A stretch of DNA of 64,000 bases from Mizuhopecten yessoensis (Eukaryota). The stretch lies in assembly GCF_002113885.1 (NCBI RefSeq), contig NW_018405386.1, positions 604,154 through 668,153 of the forward strand, written 5' to 3'. How positions within the stretch are numbered: the stretch's first letter is position 1; the number at the start of each line of letters is the position of its first letter. Made by a program: the position numbers and the translations under genes. Positions 53,901 through 64,000 of the stretch are shown piece after piece. Below the pieces are notes generated by a model. The model made no database searches and had not been told where the DNA came from. It saw only the letters and a program-made list of their open reading frames with translations.

Positions 53901-56900
53901 ACAGGATCACAAAACAAATTTACAAATCATTTCCAAAAGAACATTTTATGTTTTTGCTATACGAAAGTTTTGGTACTATTAACACTATTTTTAAAGATTG
54001 GAAGAAAATCTTCCAAGATGCAAATATGTTGAATCTAAGTTTCTTTTATCTTTTCCTATAATCTCACTAATGGCTGTAAATGTACACAATATATATATAA
54101 AGATTGTCCTTATTGTAAAGGACATATTTGGACATTGTAAGCCGATATAAAGGGATCGTTGCTTTGAGAGCAGATTGGAGGGAGTGTGTGTATGGGTGTG
54201 TACGGGAGGATCATGGGGGGATGTGTTGGGCTTACACGTGCTGGGTAACAAGCTCTTCACACTGGTGCGCGAGGAACTACGCTTCATTCCGCTGGTCATG
54301 ACAGACGCGAAGTTCTCTGTAATTACAAATGGTAAACAGGTAAAAGGTTTCTGTAATTACAAATAGTATATATCTAAATGTAAAAGGTCTATGTAATTAC
54401 AAACTACAAACAGGCGAAAGGTCTCTGTATATACAAACTACAATCAGGTAAAAGATCTCTGTAATGACAAACTACAAACAGGTAAAAAAATCTGTAATTA
54501 CAAACTACAATCAGGTTAGAGTTTTCTGTAATTACAAACTACAAACAGGCAAATATTTTCTGTAATTATAAACTACAAGCAGGTAAAAGGACTCTGTTAT
54601 TACAAACTACAAACAGGTAAGAGTTTTCTGTAATTACAAACTACAAACAGGTAAGAGTTTTCTGTAATTACAAACTACAATCACAAAAGAGTTTTCTGTA
54701 ATTACAAACTACAAACTGGTAAGAGTTTTCTGTCACATATACTTAAGGGAGCAACATCCTTTTAACAGTATTTACACCTCATTCTTTACTACAGGCAAAG
54801 GACTACTGGTAGTAGGCAGGATGACACAGACATCTACGGTAAATAAATCTGACTCCAGGACAGAGATTATATCAGATTCACATAAAAAATATATTTTAAC
54901 TGAAAGTGATTTTCTATTGTTTAGGAAGATATCAAAGATGATAAAACACCTGAATATGCAAATACACCTACAAACAATAATATTCTGTAGTATTTCAATT
55001 ACAAACTCAGCCCAAACATTACAACTATTCCAGCTTTACAGAAAACAACAAGCATTTCAGAAATAAGTTTATTTTTATTTTTAGTAGAGGCTGTGATAGG
55101 CACAGTGTTTAAAACAGTTTTAAAATACAGAACAAAAAAATGTTAAATATATTTTTTACTTAACATACAAAAAATATTTTTTCTAGCTTTCAGCCCCTAG
55201 CCATTTCATGACATGGGCAGAAAGGCCCTAGCTATTTTGTGATAGGGCGGGGGGCAAGGTATATGTTGATACTACAGGGCACAAACCCTTGGTATTTTGC
55301 GATAGGTGGGGGACGGGGTCTGGGGGAAGGGGACGGGGGACACAACATACTTTTTATAGCAATTACATGGATTTTACTTGAGGAGGGGCAAATGTTTGAC
55401 TGAAATCAAGTTTGCTGGTACAGTGTATACAGTTTTTCGTGATACTGGGGTCATCATCCTTGCTGTTTTTGTGATATGGGGACAGGCCCTAGCAATACAC
55501 TGACTCTGGGGTCATCATCCTTGCTTTTTTTGTGATATGGGGACATGCCCTAGCAATACACTGACACTGGGGACATCATCCTTGCTGTTTTTGTGATATG
55601 GGGACAGGCCCTAGCAATACACTGACACTAAAGTTCAGAAACAAATACAATTTAAGATGATAAACAATTCATCGGTAGTAAAGATTTTTGTAGGAAAGGA
55701 GTTCTTATTGATTTAAACCTGTGGTAATAGCTATGTAGGTTTGTGATATATTTAGAATCTCTTTTAAGTTCTGAAGCTGCATGCATCCTCCAATTTAAAG
55801 GTGATTGTGAAATTGCAACCAGAAACCCATGGAAAGAAAGAATGATATATCTGAAGGAAAAAGGGAAGGACAAAGGACAAATGACAAATGATTTCACACA
55901 CAAATGTTATTGAATTGGAGCCGGATTCAGCTGCATTGCTCATATTTGAAAATCAATTATTTTTTAAAGAAATATGCAAAAATGTATTTTGATTTTGTTT
56001 TCTGATGCCAATCCTTATGAATCTAGAGGTCAATTCTCTTTAAGATTAAAAACAACACCAGAGATCAATTCTCTTAGAGATTAAAGCAAACATTTGAGTG
56101 TTTATATTTATGAAATTGATACATCTGGATTCCAAAATTCATTAAAGCACAAATACAATATTGATAAACAATACCACACAATATTGATACACAATACATC
56201 ACAATATTGATAAATAATACATCAAAATATGATACACAATACCACACAATATTGATAAACAATACATCACAATATTTATAAACAATACCACACAATATTG
56301 ATACACAATACCACACAATATTGATACACAATACCACACAATATTGATAAACAATACCACACAATATATTTATAAACAATACCACACATAACTGATGTAA
56401 TAGCACATGGTCTGTCAATATGTCAATCACCTGACTGGAAACATTGTTTCCATCGTCTGAAATGTATTACAATTCAAAAACTCGATAATTTGTTTTAGAC
56501 AACCAGAATGAATCAATCTAAATTGAAACGATTTCATATTTATTTGTAGCTAAATATTAATTATTCATCAGGTAATTAAATATTAATTACTCATTATGTA
56601 GTTAAATATTGATTAATCAACCAAGGAAAATATGATGTTTAATGATGTTTTAAAGTTGAAATTGGATATTTTAATTTTAGATAAATTTTTAGATTCTGCT
56701 GTATTCTCTACAATTGAAGTGATAGAGAAAAGTACATCTTTGGTATCAAACTATACAAGGAACTCTATATTTAGAAGAATTCCGATCAAATAACATTTAA
56801 AATCACTGCTACAGTCCTTGGAACTTTAAATTCTATGAATATGCAAAAATAACCAAGTGCTATTTTACAACTATATACAGTAAACTAGCCTAGTGCTTGT

Positions 56901-59900
56901 GGAGAGATAGGGCCTGATCTGAAGTGTGTAAAACAAGTATCAATGCCTTGGGATTATAAAAACCAAATTGACAAATTTTTAATGTAAATCCCAAGTAAAT
57001 CTTACAAATGTATCTTACGAGTCAAATTCAAACAGAATTAGTAATTCTTTTGTATTTTTAATGCAAAAGACAAATTTGGAGTACACGATGAATCTAAAAT
57101 AAACTTTCCATCCCCCCCCCTCCAATTTTATTTTTCACATTTTCCAGCTTTTCCACAACAGAGCAGGCCCTGGGAGGGTAGTGATACAGTCATGCAGGTG
57201 TGTGTTAGTTACCAGGGATAACTGAGGATGCTACAACATTCCACCCACCCGGGGCCTCCGCAGCCACGATAGGCACCGCCTTGTCCTTCTGTCGCTCCTC
57301 CTCTATCAGCTGGGTTGCCACGGTAGCAAACTGTGACTCAAACTGGGTCACCAGGTATCTAAACGCCACCACAAGCTCCTATAGACAGACACACAACTCA
57401 GGTTAGCAAAGGAAATGTAAAATGTGCGTCAAAGTTATACAACAAATCGTTATGGTCACTTGCATTTCAATATTCTTTTGCTAAAAAAAATCAATTAAAA
57501 ATTGACTTTCATGACAGGAGGAATCCTCTGTTCATGTACATTAAAAAGTTACCCCATAAAAATAGTTCTAGAAAGTATGTTGTTTAGAATTTGACATCTT
57601 TAGAGATGTTAGAAGATAATTCTGCATACTAATTTGATAAAAATATCTGAAATATAAAGTCCAGTTTATGGAACTGTCAACCAGTGATGACTGCAAAAAA
57701 ACAGAATTCTTTGCCTTCAAAAACATTTCAACCAAAGCCTCTGATCGACAACATTGCAAGAACATAAGACACTCTAATATAAAGTACTGAACATCAAAGA
57801 TGAAACTAGAAAATGTCTGTAAGACATGAATGCCCGCCCCCGCCATGTGAAATTAGTTGATGTTCTATAAATAGTTACAACCACTTTGATCTTGATACCC
57901 TGAAATATGTTGGCCCTGACCTTAGAACCATTCAACACATAAACTTGTTAAGAAATGAAGTAGCTAGAGTGATGACACTGAATTGGTTGATGATTTTCTA
58001 TATATAGCAACCGTGACATTGGACTTGACTTTGGAACCCTGAAACAACGATGTCCGAGGATATACTCACAAATGACCTTTGCATAAAGTTTGACGAATAT
58101 CCGTGAAAGAATGAAGTTGCTAGGCGTTTACACCGAATCGGACGGGACGCGATTGGACATGACGGGACGGGACGGACATGGGCAACATTATATGCCTCCC
58201 TCATTTTATGGCGGGGGCATAAAAAAGAGATTGAATGAATTCTATTGGTGTCTATTGTAGAATGCTTATTTTCAGTCACCCTCACCCTGAAAACAACGTC
58301 AATGGTCAAATAGAATAATTTGTTTCTATGACAATTTTTTTCTTGGGAGAGGTACAAAAGTGTTTTATGGTTCTTACACAGTATCATGACAAACCTTTCT
58401 CACGAGAGGGTTACCATCTTGTCCGACCGATGCCAGAGTCATGGCAACTCCAAGGTCAATGTTATTAGCGTGGTCACTTCTCTCCGCTGAATTGTTGTTG
58501 ATGAATGCCCCGAGTGCGTACACCGTAGCAGCCCGCACCTGTACAAGTAAAGACACATCCGCTCATCTCAGTTTTTTGCCTATTTTGACAACATGCATCT
58601 TTCCTCATCTATATATGAAGGCAATCTAATCAAGATTCTTAAGACACTATTAAATAGCAGGCACCTTGAATACTAAACATTCTTTGATAAAAGTCAAAAT
58701 TTCAAATTTGATGAAATACTTCAGCATTTTTCTTGTAAATGTTAGTTTCCTGCGAACTCAAAACCTAAGAAGAACCTATGTGAATTTTTTTTTACCTTAA
58801 AAAACATGTTTAACAGACATTTCACACCAAAGCTGTAAACAGACTCCTGTTGAACTTTGGTTTGGTTTCTTTGTGTTTTACGTCCTATTAACAGCCATGG
58901 TCATTTAAGGACGTGTCAGGTTTTGGTGGTGGAGAATAGTCAGTTCCCAGAGAAAAAACAACGACCTACGGCCAGTACCTGGCGACTGCCAAACGTAGGT
59001 CTCTAGCCCGCGACCAAGTGGTGGAGGGATAGTGGTAGTAGAATGTCAGATGCCTTAACCACTTGGCCACCGCCGCCCCTCTTCTGTTGAACACTGATAA
59101 TTCTGGCTGTAACTCTGCTGTAAACCAATAGATATTACAGCACCTACCTCTGGTGTGGAGTCAGTCAGCATCTTGGCTAGCTTCTCATGGGCACTGTCCC
59201 TCACTCCGCACCAGCGTGCATTGTCAAAGCTGGTCCAGACCTGCGGAGGAAATAGTTAACTCATGTCAGGTATAGTAATAACGTTTAATTAACACAACCA
59301 AGATAAATTTTGCTTGTGATGTTTCAAGGACCAGTGTGATGTCATTTCTGACTTATTCCTCGAATGAATGATAAGGCTGGCACAATGTTTCCCAACCATA
59401 TTGGCTAAGTAGAATCAGGGTGGGAGACGTCATGAATTGATGAAGGCGTTAAATTCAATATACATATGCTTTTTATGTTAGTACATGTTCATGCACATTT
59501 CAAAAGTAAGTACAAACCTGTTTCTTAAAACAGAATATTTTAAGCGGAAGGAAAACCATAGTTGTTATGCAGTTCAACTTTATCAATTATCAAATCTGGT
59601 GTTGATTTATTGAATACCGTGAAAGTATAAATAAAACCTATGGATTTCAAAACAAACAGAAACAAACAGAAAATGCGAACATTTTTACATCCAAACATTT
59701 CAACTTTTACAATAACTGAGGTCCATTAATGAAAAGGCTTTAGTCCTAGGGACCTCTGCCTACCTTGCCAAGACACAGGGCCAGCCATTGACGTAGAGAG
59801 GCATTGCTGTCAGCCAACTGTTCCAGACACACAGATATCACATTGCCTTGTAATGCAGCTTCCTGTTACAATGTACATAAAATATCAGCTACAACGAGTA

Positions 59901-62900
59901 AAACTCAACCGTTGTTATTTTCATAACAAATGTTTTAAAGAACTTCAGATTTAATACTGTCTGGCCTTATTAAACCAGCTGATTTCATTTCCATCTAGAT
60001 TGTGAAACATCTTCATTTCTAAGACACTGTAAAGTACAATTCAAGCAAACATGATTCATTTTCGCAGACTTTTAAAGCAACAAAAAGATTTTTTTCTCTA
60101 TGAAAAACGAATATGATTATTGAAATACACATCACCTAATATGGATGTCACTTCTCCTTGAACAAAAATTAATATTCTATAAATAGAACTTACCTGTCCC
60201 TGCCTGTAGTCATTCACAATCATGGACAGGACAAAAGCTGCCATCGTCCTGTGTTCCGCCTGAGGAAAATTAAGTCAATTGTTAATTGGTGCCAGAAACA
60301 TAGAGAAACTTCCATTACACAAAGCAACAAGAGGCCCAGAGGGCCTGTATCGCTCACCTGAATATTTAAGCAGTCATAGCAAAATATTCTCATTAAATAT
60401 TATATTGCACTACACATATTTCCCTCGCAAACTTTGTCGGCTCCATCTGTTGAAACTACCAGCCAAATATTATAAGATTCTGTGCTTTTTGGTTCTTCTT
60501 CAGAAGTTGTTTGACATATTTTCCCCTGTGACCTTGTAAGTAAGTCAAGGTCATTTTTCCTTCTCAAACTTTGTTAGCACTATCCCAAGAAGCTACCAGC
60601 TAAATCTTATGAATCCATTCCTTTTGGTTCTTCAGAACAAATCCTTTGAAATGTTGTTGACCTCTGTGACCTTTAAAGTAGGTTGGGGTCTTTTTCATTT
60701 GCAAACTTTAGTGAGCTCTATCCTAGGAAGCCACCAGCCAAATATTATGAATCTATGCCTTTCGATTATTCTTCAGAAGTCGTTTGAAGACTTTGACATA
60801 TTTGACCCCTGTGACCTTGAAAGTAGGTCAAGGTCATTTATATTCTCAAACTTTGTCGGGGTCTATCCCAGGAAGCCAACAGGCAAAGATAAGATTCTAT
60901 ACCTTTCAGTTCTTCAGAAGAAGTTGTTTGAAGTATTTGACACATTTTAACCCTGTGACCTTGAAAGTAGGTCAAGGTCATTTTCGTTCTCACACTTTGT
61001 CCGGCTCCTACCAACGAAGCTTTCAGTCAAATATCATGGATCTATGCCTGGTCGTTTTTCAATAGAAGTTGTTTTAAGGAAAAGTTGACGGACGACGACG
61101 GACACTGCACCAAGACATTAGCTCACTTGCCCTTCGGGCAGGTGAGCTAAAAATGAAAAGACTGTACTTCTGGTCCAAATATTTCAAAATAATATCTTAA
61201 AATCAATGATTAAGTTGATATATTCTATCAAATGGTTATTTCATAGCTAGTTGATATTATTTTCCCTTAAAATCTTTTCTTAACAATTTTTTTCTTTCTG
61301 TATTCAGTTCCTTTAAAATACAAAATCAAAGCTGCATATGTATTATAATTACTGTGATTAAAACAGTTCCTCCAGGCTTGTTATGAACACAAACAGGATT
61401 TTTGAAAAAGTCTGTTTCCTTTGTCACGCAAAAAGTAAATGACGAGTTAAGAGTCAAGACACCAATCATCTACACTCTTTGCTTGAAAAAGGAAACAGAC
61501 GTCTTAAAAAATTGCAAAATAAGTTTTCAATTCCTGTTGGTGTTCAAAGTAAGCTTAGCCTTTATTTTTCATACCAAACTGATGGATACTATTCCAAAGT
61601 TTCTCCAATATACTCATTATACAAACACTTTAGAGTTCATTTCAGTGGACCTACAGCAGCCTTAAGAAGTCTGGGTCAAGCTCTCCTGAACCAGGTCTGT
61701 CCCTACTCCTTAATCAGACAACCGTGGCCCAACACTTCTGTCTGCTGGAAATACTTACCGGCATGTAGGGGTCAGCAAGTACGGCCAGAAAGTACTTATG
61801 ACCGTTGTCCTTCACCAAGTCTGCCTGGCATGACTATGGATACAAAAAACAAAACTGTCACACATGATTGCAGAGACTCTTTGAAGAGATCTTCAGCTTT
61901 TAAAACTCTCCAAAGATGGTTAATTATAAACATTTCTTCCATTCCCATCAAAGGCACCCTAAGATTCGAACCAAGGACTACTGGTTTAAGTAAAATGTTT
62001 TAGCAGTTGAATTTGAGGGAAGTTCTCTTTAGCTATGTCTACTCACACTGTCCACTGACAGGATCTTAGCCCAGATAAACACCAGCAGTGGCCGTAGCTC
62101 TCGAGCAGAGCTCTGTAGAAGCTTTAGTACATATGGAAAGATACCAACGGATAATGCCTGAAAAATACAGCAATGAATAACATGATTATAGAGAATGTCA
62201 TTAAATGTATCTATACACATTTTGTTCTAACATAAGTGACCTGGGAAATTATGGAAATTGTAACCCCAAACAAAATGATTGCCCTACCAACTAAAAGTTT
62301 GTAAAACTATTAATTATAAGTGATGTTGCTTGAAGTTTTACCCACAAAAGTAAACCACTGTGCAGAGGGGGGCATCTCATATCTTAAGTTATTTATAAAT
62401 AATAGGTTCCCTTGTTCGTCAAGTTAGTATCCCAATTTTTGTATCAGCTCTTCTTCCTTATAGTCAAGCGGTGTTAAATCTGGCTATCTTTTTCGGAGTA
62501 ATTTTTTAAAGAAAATATCTATTTCTATTTACTTTTTTTTTTTCCAAAGTCAGTAATTATATGTATTTTCTTTTTTGTTCCAACTTACTATGACTAGGAG
62601 GCCCAAGTTAGCATTAACACACTAGTTTTTCCCCAATTACATGAACCTGACCGAGTAAATATCCACCAGGGTTTCACACGTACATACCAGCTTAATTAGT
62701 CGTATTGTAGAAACCTACCAGACTGACCGCCCAGGGTCCGAGGTCCAGAAACCGACCCAGCAGGTCCAAAGCTCGCAGTCTGTGTACCTGACTTAGGAGA
62801 ACCTTAAATGTAAAACAATGTATTTGCTATATTCATGATCTGAAAACAATTGTGAAATACAAACCGCCCTCTTATAGTTTAGAGGACTATGCAAAAATTT

Positions 62901-63997
62901 CAAACAGTGTAAAATATTTCTAGGAACAAGTTTGACTCCACAAAACAAAACTTCTATACAATATTACTATAATTGGAGAGTACACACCTCGTAGAGAACT
63001 TCTTACCTGTAATGCTATAAGGAGTTGCTCCGGAGGGTACACACCTAGAAGAGAACTTCTTACCTGTAATACTATAAGGAGTTGCTCCGGAGGGTACCCC
63101 CCTCGCTGTAATGCTATAAGGAGTTGCTCAGGAGGGCACACCTCTCGTAGAGAGCTTCTTACCTGTAATGCTATAAGGAGTTGCTCCGGAGGGTACACCT
63201 CCCGTAGAGAACTTCTTGCCTGTAATTCTATAAGGAGTTGCTCTGGAGGGTACACCTCTCGTAGAGAACTTCTTACCTGTAATACTATAAAGATTTGCTC
63301 CAGAGGGTACACACCTTGTAGAGAACTTCTTACCTGTAATACTATAAGGAGTTGCTCCGGAGGGTACAACTCTCGAAGAGAACTTCTTACCTGTAATACT
63401 ATAAGGAGTTGCTTTAGAGGGTACACCCCTCGTAGAGAACTTCTTACCTGTAATACTATAAGGATTTGCTCCAGAGGGTACACACCTAGCTAGTAGAAGA
63501 ACTTCTTACCTGTAATACTATAAGGAATTGCTCCGGAGGGTACACACCTAGCTAGTAGAAGAACTCCTTACCTGTTATACTATAAGGAGTTGCTCCAGAG
63601 GGTACACCCCTCGTAGAGAACTTCCTACCTGTAATACTATAAGGAGTTGCTCAGGAGGGTACACCCCTCGTAGAGAACTTCTTACCTGTAATACTTTAAG
63701 GAGTTGCTCCGGAGGTTACACACCTCGTAGAGGACTACTTACCTGTTATACTATAAGGATTTTCTGCGGAGGGTAATTTAATGATCATTTAATACTTTGA
63801 TGATTTAATGACTAACCTGTAATACAATAGGAAGTTGCTCTGGAGGGTTGCGTGCCTCTGAGCCATACGTAAGCCAGACCTGGAAGGCAGTGAGCTGCTC
63901 TGTAAAGAAGGGACTATGTTGGAATGTTGGGCCATCGTCTTCCAGCAGACGAGGTAGCTGTCTCAGGCACAAATCCAAGGCCAAGTCCCATGCTTGC
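44903..63997 (-). CDS. RPTOR: Regulatory-associated protein of mTOR (Raptor); 5'-partial, gene continues beyond the window
   Basis: 23 exons: 63817-63997, 62719-62802, 62047-62157, 61759-61833, 60194-60259, 59764-59862, 59148-59240, 58395-58538, 57213-57378, 54236-54316, 52971-53230, 51861-51961, 51109-51274, 50321-50537, 49157-49271, 48744-48868, 47633-47728, 47263-47369, 46793-46923, 46521-46607, 46111-46227, 45586-45715, 44903-44971. Peptides [86 protein letters not shown] match Raptor; all GT-AG with consistent phases. Confidence 0.96.
45103..45330 (+). mobile_element. Degenerate tRNA-derived V-type SINE
   Basis: A-box-like TGGCGCACAGTTG, B-box-like GGGTTGACTTCCC and V-domain-like GTGGGTTTTT GGGTACTCAGGGTTTCCTCCCACA. 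Confidence 0.6.
49753..50288. mobile_element. Non-autonomous DNA transposon, Kolobok-like (GG..CC ends, (T/A)TAA flanks)
   Basis: ~34-bp TIR GGCCAAATAAAATTAATTACTTGGTTCTCAGGCC / GGCCTGAGAACCAAGCTATCAATTTTTTTTGGCC. Confidence 0.7.
51393..51526. repeat. ~135-bp near-perfect inverted repeat
   Basis: AATCTTCCCCTACTTTGAGGGTGTGACAGAGAAATCTCCAATCCGAGGGGTGATGTTTTTT...AAAAAACATCACCCTTGGGGTTGGAGATTTCTCTGTTACACCCTCAAGGTAGGGGATGATT. Confidence 0.85.
53380..53666. repeat. 41-bp minisatellite, ~7 copies
   Basis: Unit TATCCAGCCAGTGTTTCGGGGGACAGATAAGCCTTTTTCTA. Confidence 0.9.
54313..54733 (-). repeat. 34-bp tandem array made of the acceptor site of the 81-nt RPTOR exon (~13 copies)
   Basis: Minus-strand unit CTCTTACCTGTTTGTAGTTTGTAATTACAG|AAAA; the last copy is the true acceptor TTGTAATTACAG|AGAAC at 54317. 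Confidence 0.9.
55440..55630. repeat. ~60-bp minisatellite, 3 copies
   Basis: GGGTCATCATCCTTGCTGTTTTTGTGATATGGGGACAGGCCCTAGCAATACACTGAC repeated. Confidence 0.85.
56150..56390. repeat. 23-bp AT-rich minisatellite, ~10 copies
   Basis: Unit ACAATACCACACAATATTGATA(A/C). Confidence 0.85.
57804..58226 (-). mobile_element. Helentron/pearl-like non-autonomous element
   Basis: Minus-strand start TTTTTTATGCCCCCGCC...GGCATATAATGTTGCCC, (CCGT)n microsatellite, 3' end GGGCATTCATGTC...TTTTCTAGTT. Confidence 0.7.
58856..59080 (-). mobile_element. Full-length tRNA-derived SINE with target-site duplication
   Basis: Minus strand GGGGCGGCGGTGGCCAAGTGGTTAAGG (A box), V-domain-like core, (AAACC)n tail; TSD CT(C/T)CTGTTGAAC at 58844-58855 and 59081-59092. 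Confidence 0.85.
60326..61152 (-). mobile_element. Complete HINE-like (Helentron-associated) element
   Basis: 5' TTTTAGCTCACCTGCCCGAAGGGCAAGTGAGCTAA hairpin, (CGT)n, ~140-bp internal repeats, 3' CAGGTGAGCGATACAGGCCCTCTGGGCCTCTTGTT. Confidence 0.8.
62975..63776 (-). repeat. 57-bp tandem array made of the 3' end of an RPTOR exon plus donor (~14 copies)
   Basis: Unit GTGTACCCTCCGGAGCAACTCCTTATAGTATTACAG|GTAAGAAGTTCTCTACGAGAG versus the real exon end AACCCTCCAGAGCAACTTCCTATTGTATTACAG|GTTAGT at 63817. Confidence 0.95.
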
Positions 63998-64000
63998 CTG

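Noticed and set aside
56074-56430. 118-aa Cys/hydrophobic ORF
   Set aside because: Translation of a 23-bp AT-rich minisatellite.
59040-59080. tRNA gene
   Set aside because: Only the tRNA-like head of a SINE with tail and TSD; no cloverleaf.
61479-62003. 174-aa + strand ORF
   Set aside because: Antisense to a RPTOR exon, non-ATG start, no recognisable domain.
62920-63483. 187-aa repetitive ORF as a separate gene
   Set aside because: It is the translation of the 57-bp junction array inside a RPTOR intron; no promoter or true ATG support, and it is cut off from the exon by an in-frame TAA.

Overview
AT-rich animal genomic DNA, probably a bivalve mollusc (inferred from the Helentron/HINE-type repeats, tRNA-derived V-type SINEs and CR1-like LINEs). 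Five spliced protein-coding genes can be reconstructed exon by exon: PDCD2L (-, 721-7366), MLST8 (+, 7558-16155), BRI3 (-, 24313-28263), CDK1 (+, 29611-35032) and the 3' portion of RPTOR (-, 44903 to beyond 64000). PDCD2L/MLST8 and BRI3/CDK1 are head-to-head pairs. Two core TORC1 subunits (mLST8, Raptor) lie about 29 kb apart. The most striking unexplained structure is a set of four independent tandem arrays, in three genes, whose repeat unit is a copy of that gene's own exon/intron junction (three donor arrays, one acceptor array), giving rows of decoy or alternative splice sites. In MLST8 the real exon copy is frameshifted as assembled while the intronic copies keep the correct code. Also seen: a U12-type intron and two start-stop uORFs in MLST8, a templated insertion inside the BRI3 array, a 29/58/116-bp hierarchical satellite, and many MITE, SINE, LINE and Helentron insertions. 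Gene identities rest on recalled similarity to human proteins; no database searches were run.
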